Source: Mytilus californianus (lineage: Eukaryota). From it: a stretch of 64,000 nucleotides of DNA. The notes beneath the pieces are model-generated. The model had not been told where the DNA came from. It searched no databases and was given only the letters and a program-made list of their open reading frames with translations. Of the stretch, positions 1 to 13,469 are shown piece by piece. The DNA is taken from the NCBI RefSeq assembly GCF_021869535.1, contig NW_026262723.1, forward strand, positions 101,184,001 to 101,248,000, written 5' to 3'. Both the position numbers and the translations under genes were made by a program. Positions within the stretch are counted from its first letter, which is position 1, and every line of letters starts with the position of its first letter.

Positions 1-1373
1 CATATGGTAATTAAAATTAGATTCTGAAATTTTTTTCAAAAGACAGCAGTTAAAGTTTTCAAAATCGGTCACAAAGAAAAATTATTATTATAATTAATAG
101 AAAAGTTAATAAAGATTTAAACATTATATATTATGGTCCTCGTGCAGTACATAGCTAATAAACAAGGTAACATTATTTATATAGATATATATTTGTTGTT
201 CACACTTTTAAGAAAATGCATGTTCATATCTAATTTAGTATTTGTACGTTTTTACAAATAATGCTAAAAATGCAACTGTAAAAATACTTAAATAAATCTT
301 TTGACAGTATGATAATTTACTTTATTGCATCTTAAAATTAGGAAATAGAGTGTGCATGTAAATGATATAAAATGTAAAATTTAAATGATTAAGGAAATAA
401 AATTTTATTTTTAGCTATGACAGATTGCTTTGAAATTAAGTACAATATTTAAGATTTTGTTTGCTTTTGTGAATGGAATAAAAATCAAATTATTTCTAAA
501 AAATCAAACTAAAAATGAACTCACCAGACATCTTCAAAATGATTTTGTCCTGAGACGAAAATTATGTTCAACGTCTCTTATATGAGCAATGATAAAGTAA
601 TATATAACGTCAATAAGAGGATAACAAAGATCAGGATGGGGAAAATAAAGACGGATAGAACTTTTAATTATCTTTTTATCTCTGTGAACTGTACGAACAA
701 AAGGGTGTGGAGATATTTGTCAGGCAATCTATAATTATTTGTTATTTTACTTTTTAGATACAGATATAAATCTACACTTAACAGAACACAAGGTTACATC
801 AGCAAGACAAAAAATTGTTTTGCATCATAAATTATTCTCCAATGAGCATAGTTCACACTCAATGTAAGACTTGAAAGTAATCATCCCTTAATTATCCATT
901 GAATATCAAACATACCTTATATACAAACCAAACATAAGGAAACTACATAGATGTATTCTAAATAGCATGTGCAGTGGAGAATGAATTTTGTATTTACGGG
1001 CCCAAATTACCTCGATGAAATCTCTTAACTATGGGTCCTGAAGTATTATCCTTTCGGAGCACCAGATTAAATCACTAGTTTATATGGCGATTCGTGCCTG
1101 ACGTTGCCCACAGCAGAGCTATAGAAAAACAGTACATTAGCGGGTGTTACACGGACACTTTTTAGATGATACACGGGCACTTTTCAGTTGTTACACGGAC
1201 ACTTTTTATGAATAGAATCACTCGTGCATGATCAGTGAGTTCATGGGCACTTTAAATTTCAATTAGATTTGAACTTTTTCTTTCACCGACAAATTTCCTG
1301 TCTTTTTTATTAATCAATAACTATATTTTTTTCAAACAATTCCAGTATATTACTATTCATATCAGTACAATAA

Positions 1374-1627
1374 GGGATTGACCATTTAACTTCAAAAGCG
1401 GGGGTTATGGTTTTTTCCTAAAAAAATATTCTGATCATCAATTTTATGAGAAAAAATATATTGTGGTCAAGCAGATGACAAAATAATGTTCTGATTCCTG
1501 ATTTTCCGAATATTGTATATAATAGTGCTAATTTCGAAAAAAATATTTCGGTGATAGCGTTGAAAAATAAATAATTTTCTTACTCAGAAAAAAACATACC
1601 CCCTTTTGAAGCTAAATGGTCGATCCG
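1374..1627. mobile_element. MITE with ~45-bp TIRs and TAA target-site duplication (PIF/Harbinger, Tourist-like)
   Basis: Left end GGGATTGACCATTTAACTTCAAAAGCGGGGG; the right end is the reverse complement of CGGATCGACCATTTAGCTTCAAAAGGGGG. TAA flanks both sides (1371-1373, 1628-1630). Confidence 0.75.
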
Positions 1628-2513
1628 TAAATGTTTTTTTTTTAATATATGGACATGAATAGTATTCTGGACAATGCTGAAAGTAAAGAAAAGCTAGTAC
1701 CGACGTTTATATTTCAATAAAAAAAAAAGACAGGAAATATATACATAAAAAATCAAATCTAATCAAAAGATAAAATCCCTATCAACTCACCAATGCACGA
1801 TTGATCCTATAAATAAAAAGTGTCCGTGTAATACATGTTCAAATAGGCAGCAAATCTTGAAGAAAATCACTCAACTTATGTCACCAATTTTGGACGGTAA
1901 GCTGCGATTGGATCATATTGTGACACGTGTTTAATCCTGATCAACACTATAAGAGACATATAAAAACCTATAAGCATGAAAATTTTTAAAAAAATCCAAA
2001 ATATATACCTATATATATTTCTAATAACAAGACAAATTCAATTTTTCATAACTTTTCATTCATTAATGAAATAAAAAATTCATTCTTTTTATACATTTAT
2101 ATTGTTATTGAATTCATATATTTGGGAGCAAACGTACGATTTTTATTATTTTTAAGGGGGAATCGGGGAATGGAACGGCACATCCTGCATTTTTTCAACA
2201 AAAATAGGATCAAGCCTGTTTATTTTAGATTTATTTACCCCCCTCCCCCCTTTCCGTTTTTCCCCAGATAAAAATCAAATGTTAGCTTGCTTGCCTCTGA
2301 AATCTTTTTCATACATTACTAACTTGCGAAGTTGCATTTTAAAAAGTCTCAAATGTGTACGACATTCATCTTTTACTTGACATGGTTCTTTTTTATAAAA
2401 TTATTAGATTCTTGAATTTCTTGAGAAAAAAACTCTCGGCTGAAGGGAAGTAAAAAAAAAAGTTTGTTTAAACTGTAACTTACATTAACTGGTATATGGC
2501 CATTTAAGTTTCT

Positions 2514-2834
2514 AATCTGTTTAATTTTGCTACCTCTTCTAAGTGCAAAATGTACTACTTCTTTCTTGAAACGTCGTACAAGTCAGATACAAAACAAAGG
2601 TAACAAAAAAACAGGCCGGAAACAAACTGCCGTATAGTTCTTCTGTACTTGTAGTCAGGTCAAGGTCCTATCGCCTCGCACCTTAACCTGACTACTCGTG
2701 CAGAAAAACTATCCGGCAACGGTTGTTACCGGCCTGTTTCTTTGTTACCTTTGTTTTGTATCTGATTTGTACGACGTTTCAAAAAAGAAGAAGTACATTT
2801 TGCATTTAGAAGAGGTAGCAAAATTAAACAGATT
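2514..2834. mobile_element. Foldback MITE; almost the whole 321 bp is one imperfect palindrome
   Basis: The arm AATCTGTTTAATTTTGCTACCTCTTCTAA...GTAGTCAGGTCAAGGT mirrors ACCTTAACCTGACTAC...TTAGAAGAGGTAGCAAAATTAAACAGATT around a ~13-nt loop. Confidence 0.8.
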
Positions 2835-4129
2835 GTATTGTATCTAATACATATTGAGTATTCTTTTGAGGACTGCCTTTTGTTTTTTTTTCCAACTTAA
2901 GCTTGTGTAATGTCTGCTCATCTCCGACTCTTTTTTTGTGTTTACTGTCAATATGTACGTTTTATAGCAACAACATTGGGTATTTTCTTGCATTTTGTAC
3001 CGCAAGTTCCAATTTGTACAAAGCGAATGCAACTACAAGACTGGGACGAGGATAACATGATTTATTATTCAGTTTAAAAAGACATAAAATGTGTTCACTC
3101 CTTTCCCTCCAATGCAAATATGTTCATTTGCTGGTTTATTATGTGTCGATAAAGAAGACATCTTTTGAGATCAAAAGTAGAAACATGTATTTATTTCTAT
3201 ATGTAGATGAATACGTAGTCTAAGCTAGTTTGTGTGTCCCCTTTTTGTGAAATTTGATATATTGTTCTTAACGTTGATTCTATTGAATTATACACATTTT
3301 GTTTCCAAAACCACTGACGGGAAACAATATTATTAGTTCACATATAGTGCATTATTTTGCAAATATATAGCGTCAAAATTATAAAGCGCTTCGGACGCAT
3401 GAAATTTATAAAGTGTTGTCATAATTTTTGTTTTGAACTGCCTATGAGTATTCAAATTATTTCATTTGGTAACTTAGAAAATATTTAAATGAACTTTGTT
3501 AGAAGTATGAATATTTTGCTTACAAAATATTATATTTACAGAGCAAAAATGCTAACTGCATCGCCAAATTTAAACACTGTAAACAATTATTTGAAGAAAA
3601 ACTTGAGTATAGAAAAATGTTTCATTCAAAAACCTATCATATTGAAATTTCCAGCTTTGACTAAATTCCCGACTTCATGTTAGTGTTCAACAATTTATCT
3701 TCCTACCATTTAACAAGACCTCTGACTACAATTTAGAAACTTTTATTGATTTATGTAATAAACGTATGAACAAATTTAAGTACTTATTTTTTTATTTTAA
3801 AAAACTATTTCGATATTTTAGAATAATTTTGGATTTTGATGGTTATTTCAAATCGGTTGACGGTTATGAATTTTCTCTATTCTCTATACTATACTTCCAC
3901 AAAATCTTACCAAACACAATTTTTCATATTTAATCAAATGGTTTTAAAAAAAAATAGATTGCAAATTCATATGCTGCAACTAATCTGAAGCCTTCTTCTA
4001 TCACAAAAAATAATATCTGCTTGGTACACTTATCTAAGTCTCTTTCCTTTTGCAATAATATTCAAGCATTTCACTTTTCTACTCTTTACACAAGAATTCC
4101 CCATTCCAAACGAAAAGAAAAAGTGAAAG

Positions 4130-5200
4130 AATTGGTTCTTCTTTGTTTAAAAAAAAAAGATTGGCCAAATTAGATACTAGTATCTTGTTTTAGTTTGGGA
4201 CAAATCTTACTTTGTAAAAAATCACTTGGATTCAAACAAAATATTCTTTGAGGCTGACATTATCAAGATGATTGAATTCTTGATTGACAACACATTTGTT
4301 ACGTTTGGAGTAAGAGTTTTTCAACGATCAATTAGCATTTACATGAGAGCCGAATGTGGTCCTCTTTTCTTGCCGACTTGTTCCTTTATTCATATGAGAC
4401 TGACTTCATACAGGACCGTCTTATGAAGAATGAAAAGAAACTAGCATTATCCTTTAACTTCATGACACGTTCCGCTATATATATGATGTTCTAGGCCTGT
4501 CACTAAATTTTTTAAAGATTGGTGACTATGTTGAACGCATCTATCCAGTTGAACTTAAAATAAAGGATACAAGACTTAGATTTAGAATTTGACAATGAGG
4601 GTCTGTTGAGAGCAAACATTTACGACATTAGAGATGATTTCAACTTTTCAATTTTGAACATTCCAATTCTATGTATGACTATTCCATTTCTATGTAACGA
4701 CATTGCAACAACGCCTGTATATGAAGTAAGTACCCCCCAGTTGATACGATATTCCAAAGATTGCATTTCCTACCATGATTTCCTTGATAGAGGGCTAATG
4801 CTAAAAAGGAAGCTATTAAACCAAGAGTTCGAAGTGGTGATGTTGAAATCGGACACCATCACCAGTTAGTTGACCGTTATGGAATATCTGTTTCACAGAT
4901 GACGATAGATATGGTCCAATTGTAGTAACCACAGTCCTGTTCTCTTCTCAAATATGACCTACCGAATAAGACTTATCACCGGGTTTGTACTTACATGAGC
5001 AACATGACGGGTGCTACACAAGAAGCAGGATCTTCTCACCATTCTGGAGCACCTGAGATCACATTCAGTCTATAGATTTCTTTGTTGTGTTTTGTATACA
5101 GTTATTTGTCTTTTGATCGTTAGTCGTTATTTTGCCATGGCATTGTCAGCTTGTTTTCGACTTACGAGTTTAAAATATCTGTTTGGTATCTTTCGCCTCT
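4130..5200 (+). mobile_element. Decayed Penelope-like retroelement RT fragment (subfamily 1) with 3' tail
   Basis: Frameshifted remnants of MIEFLIDNTFVTFG, RYI-x-DV, IYPVELKIKDT, IYDIRDDFNF and QLIRYSKDC, followed by the GACGGGTGC..GGAGCACCTGAG tail. Confidence 0.75.
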
Positions 5201-6251
5201 ATTTTACTGTTTACTATTTTAAAAGTGATGAGATGATGAAAGCTGTTAATATTCTCATTGACAACATCTATGTACGTTTCGGCAATATAGATTATTCTCA
5301 ACTCACAAGCAACATGTTTTCGTGATTTTAGATCTTTAGATACCAGTACATGATCTGTTATTTAACCGATAGTGTTTCAATCCCGATTGTGACATTTTGA
5401 CTGATTGTGAATTCGCATGGCGGATGGTGCGTGCATACCAGGAGACGCAAACCCTGACGACGCATCAGATCTTGCTTCTTTGAAGGTTCATGCAATTCTC
5501 TTAGTTTTTGTAACTAAGTAGGATTTTTGAATATTTTCTTCGTCGGTATATAAATTAATTTGGTTCTAAATGAATTAAAACTTAACTATATATGTATGGC
5601 TATACCGTTATTTATAAACACTTAGTCCTTTGTCTTGTCGATACCTATATTTTGGTATTGCACATGGTCATACTTTTTACAGACTATTAATGACGTCTTT
5701 ACACCAAATCCCTTGATGTTTTAGTTTGTGAGAAATAGTTTATTTATTGTTGGAATTGCCTAAAAACAACATGTCTGTACGCTCTTAGCTAGTTTTCTTG
5801 TGTTGTTGTCTTTTTGTTCTGGCTTTTTGTGTGCTTTTCGATTGCATAGTGCCGATGTAATTAGTCAAGCCTTTTCCAACTGATTTTAAAAAAGTTTGTT
5901 CTTGTGTTGTGTAGTAACACCACTGTCCCAAGTTAGAGGGAGGGTTAAGCGCTTATGTTTAATTCAGTGGTTGTCGTTGGTTGCTGTCTGTCATATTTGT
6001 TTTTCGTTTACTGTAATTAGCTTTAAATTGTTTCACTTTTCATCAGGCCTGTGCTTACCATAGCTGACTTTACGGTCTGGGCTTTGCTAATTGTAAACAT
6101 CCTCGTCCTTTGGACTCTGTTGTATAGTTGTCTTATTTATAGATTACGGCATAGATTACCTTAGCCGTATTTGGCACAACTTTTTGAAATTTTAGGTCCT
6201 CAATGCTCTTCAACTTTGTACTTGTTTGGCTTAATAACTATTTTGATCTAA

Positions 6252-6295
6252 GCGTCACTGATGAGTCTTATGTAGACGAAACGCGCGTCTGGCGT
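6252..6295 (+). ncRNA. Minimal type I hammerhead ribozyme, intact core (family 1), in a repeat at ~6150-6330
   Basis: GCGTCA-CTGATGA-GTC(TTATGTA)GAC-GAAA-C(GCGC)G-TC-TGGCGT. All conserved core nucleotides are present, with 6-bp stem I, 3-bp stem II and 2-bp stem III with a palindromic loop. Predicted cleavage after GUC at 6289. Confidence 0.85.
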
Positions 6296-9200
6296 ATTAA
6301 ATTATAATCCTGGTACCTTTGATAACTATTATTGGCTATCATACCACATATCTTCTTTAATTTTTTTGGATCATCTTTAAAGCAGTTATGATTTGTCATC
6401 GAATTCGAAAAAAACAAGATAATGTTGTTAGAACAGTTAGGCGCACATAAAAAGCTTTTGTAATATGGATGCCACATGTGGATCAGGATCTGTTTACCCT
6501 TCTTGAGCACCTAAGATTACACCCGATGTCGGTGAGGTTCGTGTTGATAGTTCTTTAGTTTTATATGAAGTGTTTTGTAGACTTTTTTTCGTCGTTGTTT
6601 GCCATGGTTTTGTCGGTCCTTGTTCGACTAATGAGTTTTGATTGTCCCTTTGGTATCTTTCGCCTCGTTTTAATCACATGAATTTCACTAAAGATATAAA
6701 ACCTTTGTGAAAATTTTCTGTTCCTAAAATACATACAAGATCATTTACCCCTACCACATCATTGTGGCAATCCATAGATAACCAGCAATGTTTTCTTCTA
6801 GAGAAAAACTAACAGAAGAGATCAACTGACAAGAAAAACGTATGAAAGACTGATAATGTTAAATAAGCTAATATATTGCGAACATTTATAACTTTAATGG
6901 AACAACAGACAAATATAAATCAATCCTAAGGACACTACAAGAACAAGAAAACTCGAAAGCAACAGACACTTTCTCAGACTCAGAGAATATCAGACACATA
7001 AAATAATACGAGAATAAAACAAAAAAAAACATTTAAAGTTTGGAGAAAATGACAATTCCGAAGCAATTATTTCTGTTATTAATATAAAATGAACATGCCA
7101 TGTTCTTTGAAGTATTTGCATTACTCCAACGACGACAAGCAAAAGGAACATACACTTTGTCAGAATCAGAGACTATCAGACACAGAAAATAATACGAGGA
7201 TATTATTATAAAGACACGCTATTGTTTGATTATGTTGTCTTTATGGAAGAGTAGGGTAATTCATAGGTAGACGATTTTGCAGAATGGTGACTATAAAATA
7301 TCAATATAGCAAATTGCAATCCCTAAAAAATTTACGAAAAAAAAGAAACAAACTTATAAAGAAGAAACGAAGAATATATATTTTGAGCAAATATTAAAAG
7401 TTGAATGGAATGTGCTTAAGATTTTAGCTTATATATCACAAATAAGTATTCAGTACATTATTACATCAGATAATAGAAAAACAAGGTCTTTCTCGTGTTT
7501 GGCAACATGATTCATTTATACCATTGTTTATATTATAACTGAAATGCAACTATGAACATAACAGATAATGTTCAATGTGATCATGACGGTAGAAAAGCGT
7601 ACGTATTTATCCTAAAATCTCTTGTACGTTTAATTAATAAACAATGCATTAAAAGAAATTACCTGAAATTACATTTATTGATAACATTATCTTGGGGTTG
7701 GATAAATCTTTCCAAAAAATTTAAAACGAATTCTTAGCTATTCGCTGTATCCACACAGACCTTTATGTATTTTGGGATTTACATTTATTCTTTGAATGTT
7801 TTGAAAAAATAATGATCAAGTGGGTCATTCGGGTAAATGAGAATTCATTCCGGTTATTTACATTGATATAGAGTAAAAAAGAAGATAAAGTTGTAGGGGT
7901 TTGTAGATTTGAATTTAATACAGGAATGTTGTTCCTTTCATACTTCATACCTAAAGTTTGGCAAAATCAACACGAAGTACAATGTGAATGTTAATAATGC
8001 ATAAATGTACATGGTAAATGCTATACCAAGTTTACAACTGAATGTTGGACTGATAAATCTCTAACTGAACTTTTTGTCACGGGCATAAACAAAAAAAAGT
8101 TAACAAAGTATGAATAAATCGTCCGTAGAATTTATTTAACTCTGTCCGCTGAAAATTTGTAAGAATGAAATTTTCAATATGTTCATAGTGTCGTAATCTC
8201 TTTTCCTCGTTTGTGAAATCGCCGAATTTGTATTTATCATGATCAACATGACGAGTACCACTAGTGAAACAGGATCTGCTCACCCTTTCGGAGCACCTGC
8301 TATCCCCACTTTCTTTTGGGGTTAATGTTTATCAGTCTGTTAATGTTGTGTTTAGTAAACTTGTTAATTTTTTGTCGTCTTTTGATTTATGCCCTGCCGT
8401 TATCATTTCCTTTTCGACTTATGACTTTTGAATGACCCCTTTGTATCTTTTGTCTCTTTTTTTCGGATGTCAATCTGATATGGTAGCTGTATCCCTGGCA
8501 GTTGTTTGCCACATTTAGTTGATAGAAAATCTGGCAGATGAGTATGGTTTATATTCATTACATCGACAATTTTTTTCTCTTCGAGCATAAAAGATAGTTT
8601 GTTTCATCATCGATCGAGTCAAACCAAAGAGTTGAATCCTTTTCAGCTAAGCATTCTGCAACTATTAAAGTCTTGACTATCAACTACAAACAATTTTATG
8701 ATGGTGTCTTTATCAGAATTATCTGTTTGTTTATTTGAAATTTGTTTTTCAGTAAGTTGTGTTGTAATATCCTTGATGTATGTATACATAATTTTTGCTC
8801 CTGGATCCCAATAATTGTCATGTAAACCAATTATTATAAAAATAAGGAGATGTGGTATGAATGCCAATCAGAATATCCACAAAGGTTCAAATGAAGTGGA
8901 TGGAAGCAATTATAGGCAACAGTAGGGAAATGTCTGTTTGGGTTCAAACAACTTTGCCAATATGACGGAACTATATACGACTGTCATACAAGTGGGAGGT
9001 TTAGCTAGCTATAAAACCAGGTTTAATCTACAATTTCTTCGGAAAATACATGTACTTTGTCAGGAATAAGACACTTGTTTTCCATTCGTTAAGTTGGTTA
9101 ATATAGTTAAGCGTTTTTATTTTGTCATGGTATATGGACTTTTTGTTAATACATTTTTTTTACTGGGATTAAATATATTGTGTCCGAGGTATATTGTCGT

Positions 9201-11662
9201 GTTACTGTTATGATATGAGCTATCACGTTAAAATGTGACTCAGGGTCTCGGTCTTGCACTAAGCATGTTACGTTTATATCTGAAACTACAAAGATTCACT
9301 AAGATTGTTAACATGCTAAAAGGTCACTGAACGCCGTGACAAAACAAATAAAGCGGAGCAAAGTAATAAATCTGATTTTAATCAGAAAGACTAAAAAAGA
9401 ATACATGTAAAAACTGTATAATATAACTTCAATGCCAACTGGTTTTTTTTTCAAACTTGTTTCCAGAAACGGTTGAAATCTAGACAATGTTGAAAGTTCA
9501 ATACCTGTCAATTTCCCTACTGAAGCCTGTTTACCTGTATGGACCCATAGTTCTGAATACTAGTAGACATTTGCGGAAACTGTCGTACACTTACGATTAG
9601 GATTACTTACAGGTAGCATTTAAATCTTGGGTCGTTTCAATTAATTATATTTAGATATTTAATTTAAAGATTATTACTTCATAAAGTAAATGCAAATTGT
9701 ATTAAGCTAGGTCCAAATAAATGTAGCTTTTTACTGTCATATATTTTGTAAGTACGAAAAAGACCGTACGAATATATTTTTTTTTCATTTTTTTTAATTC
9801 CACCACGATTTAAAGTTATCATGCATTCGTTCTAAAAATTAATACTTTTTGACAAGATAAAAGTTAAAAGATACGAAGAGCCAGTACACATTTTTTAGAA
9901 AGCGACAATTGTAAAATCTGTTTTAAGTCCGAAGAAGATTATTGCTTACACATTCATTACTACTTTTGAAGCTAGTGAAATTTTATCTTAATGTTTAAAG
10001 AATGATGAATGATAAATAGTTTGATTATCGATTGTCAGTGAAGAATGTCAAAATATTCAATGTCAAACAATACGACTGTAGTATTTTTTCGAGTTACTTG
10101 TTTTCAGGCGTTGAGACCCCTTTGGTGACCCCGTACGTTTAAATGTCCCTTGTGAAAACAATGTATTAAGTAGGCATAACAGACAAACGGTTACCTTATC
10201 TGATCCAGTTAATTGGAGAATTGAGCGCGACAACGAATGGTCTCGTCTACACTGTTATGAATTTGATTCTAGTTGAACAACGAGATTTCAAAGAAATATC
10301 GATAAAAAAATTGCATCTTGGCAGCTTGATGTGGAATCGGGACTACTCGGACCCAAAGGCAAATCGGACTAAGACAACTCGGGCCAATTTAAAGTCAACT
10401 CGGACCACTTTTATAGACAGCTCGGACCAGTTTGAAAGACAACTCGAACCAATTTGAAACACTTGTCAGACCAGCGGCTCTTCGTATTTTTAACGTTTAA
10501 TATGATATTTGTTTGTTTTTGTCTAGATATTTTTCTTCTCAGTTACCTCCAACTGACCATCTTAGCTTGCTGTGACAACTTGTCAGTTTGGTGCATTTCA
10601 ATAAGTTCTGTTACCATAAATTGTTTTATGACGGCATAACGAGATCAGTTAGAAAAATAAAACAACAAATATCTTTCAATGCAATGAAAATATAAAGCAG
10701 ATATATATTCGTCTTTACATATACTGGCCCGTGTTGTAATAAGTGATCCTAGAAATCTTTCAAGATGGTTGAAATGCCTTTTACCGTCAGACACCAAATG
10801 TTAATTTTCGACTATCGTTAGCGACAACTTCATTCAATTTATATTGTGGTTTGTCAAATTATCCTCATTTATCAGAGGTCTCAATTATTTATACTTTACC
10901 GTTATAATTGGAAAAAATATACCATGATTCGTCAAAATCAGTTGATTTTTTTTATCGCCATGGAGAAATGAACTCTATGTGTCTTTGTGGAGTTTTTGTG
11001 GAGTTTTTTTTGTATTTTCGTCCTTTTTCTTTTGACCATGGTGGAGTCTTTTTTCTTCGACTTACGGGTTCTAAATGCCCCTTTGCATCGTTTCCTCGTT
11101 TAAAAAGAAATAAAAATAACATAAACATGCATTACATCTTCAATTAAATCAAGAACTCTCGTTTAAATATTATTAAAGTACTCAGGTTGTCTTTTAAAGT
11201 ACACGGATGTCTGTGAATCCTATTTTAGATTTAATGCAAGTCAAACATGTTTTGTAAACGATGATTTTTTTTTATTTCTTTAGAAATAAAGTAGTTATAT
11301 GTTATCAAATAAAACTATATTATTTTTTATTTCTTTAGAAATAAAGTAGTTATATGTTATCAAATAAAACTATATTACATCATTCTTGACTTACATGCTC
11401 TTTGCTTGTAAAGATATTTGAATGCACACGCATATTAATTGGATCCGAATCTTAATCAAACATATGACACATCATTTATAACGAGATATTCTTATATTTC
11501 ATTAGGAATAAATCATAAGCTGATATTTTAAAAAAATCGCCAACGCGATATTTACTACATGTATCATTAACGTCAAAAACAGTAGAAAAATACCGTTTAA
11601 ATTATTTGGTAAGATTCAAACGTTATTGTTAAAAAAAAATCACACACTATTTTAGTCGGTTA

Positions 11663-12960
11663 GGGAGCATTTGCGGATACAAAAGTGTAAACGTATAAAA
11701 GATGTACGACTCCCAATTACTATATACCGCCCGCTTTTGTAAAGGAGTGGAACTATTAATACGGAAAAAAAATGAATAAATGATAAGTGTATTTCGTGCA
11801 TTTATTTTATTTTCCCCCGTTATGGACGAAGAACACAGATTAATCATTGCAGCATTACCTGCCCTGATGCAGACTCCACCAGATGTAAGGTACACATTTC
11901 ATTCGCCATCTGATTATAACCCTGGTAGTCCTAGCTTGACCACCGACAAACCAATCTTTTACAATCAGGGAAATATTATAGGCAATGATGTATACTTTTG
12001 GAATGGGAGGAATGTGTTTACTTGTTTTGCAAGCAAACGATGTTCCTTTTACAGGTGAAACTGATGAAACGTTACTTTAAATTGTAGCCGATGTTAATGG
12101 TCTCTTCAGACAGAGAACCGGTCGGGATCATAAGCTTTCCCCGGGAAACAGAATTCTTCTTTTATGTTATGGTTACAATCGTACCCGTCTTATCATATGA
12201 TTTCTGAAATAGTTGACCTTAGTGTTTCGACTACCAAAGATGAAACACATACACGTATACCTTAATCAAGAAACATATAACCGTCTTATCTATTGGCCTT
12301 CTTTGGATGATTGGCAGAACTTACAAGGTGGGTGGCCAAAACTTCCGTTTGCAGTAGGGCTATCGACGGAAAGATTGTGGCCGATAACGGATTTACAAGA
12401 ATAATATTTTCCAAGACACAGACATTGTCACTGCATTCCACACTCAAGTTGTAATATTGAACGAAGACAGGAAATGTTATGTTGAGTGCGGATTTCTTTG
12501 GCATCAGCAATATATATATGTTGATAAGATATATAGGACAAGAATTACCTTTCCCGATTGAGCTGTTTTTGCTGGGCGACATAATATGTCCGAACAGATA
12601 TCCAGTATTGACACCTTACAAGAGAAAAACCCCAGAAAATGCAGAGGAAGTGAAGAAAATTAAATAGACATATTACACACTATAGAGTAGAGGTTGAACA
12701 CACATTCGGAGAATTAAAAAAAAAACCCACAAAGTTATGGGGACTTTGTGGCGAATCACATCTGTTGTGACCATAAGTTTCTGCATTTGTGTGTCGTCGA
12801 AAAGACTTATTTACATGATAAAAAAAAATCATTTCATTTTACTATGAATCTCAATTGGGTTTATTTTCTTATTTTGAGAGGATCCCTTGTTTTTTCGTCA
12901 ACTGTAATCGTAAGTCTAAGTGTAATCCTAGGTATAAACCTAGTTTCCGCAAATGTCTAC
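11663..12960 (+). mobile_element. Decayed 1.3-kb PIF/Harbinger-ISL2EU-type DNA transposon with frameshifted DDE transposase (~11780-12830)
   Basis: The full DDE set is visible across frames: AVG-AIDG (~12351-12370), LLGD..PNRYPVLTPY (~12570-12620), NRHITHYRVEVEHTFGELK (12663-12719). An HTH-like segment lies at ~12130-12230. The left TIR GGGAGCATTTGCGGATAC follows TTA; the degenerate right TIR GTTTCCGCAAATGTCTAC precedes TAA. Confidence 0.8.
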
Positions 12961-13469
12961 TAAGCACAAAGTTATAATAATGTATATTTTTTCCCGATGG
13001 TTAAAAACTAAAAGCATTTTGAACTCATTGACCTTGAGTTAATAACACTGACAGAAAAGATACTTTCATCTATATGTTTACTGAAAATATTTCAAAATTC
13101 AAAATACACTGATAACATGCAGATTACAATACGCAAAAGATCTTCTATTAGTTACTATCATGTCATATGTCTACGCTTGATAGATCGCATACATCCTGAA
13201 AATATGTCTCAAATAATGCAGTAACTCTTTTTCAAATTTCTTCCTTCCCTTTGTATGGATTATTATTGTCCATTTCACAGTATATTAGATTAAACACTAG
13301 TTTAAATATATTTTATCATGATAATAGCAAAAGGGGTTAATACAAGTAATGGTACATTAGTGACTTCCTCTTCCAAAACATTGGATATAATGTCATTTAA
13401 GAATATCAATTGATTCCACAAGTTAAATACTGTTTGTGTTTATTGATTTTCACACTTTATTTCTTCTAT

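Noticed and set aside
2844-11147. Short 60-100 aa ORFs in the first 11 kb
   Set aside because: Apart from RT remnants at 4226-4869, they are low-complexity or repeat-derived, often use non-ATG starts, and show no motifs or splice-consistent chains.
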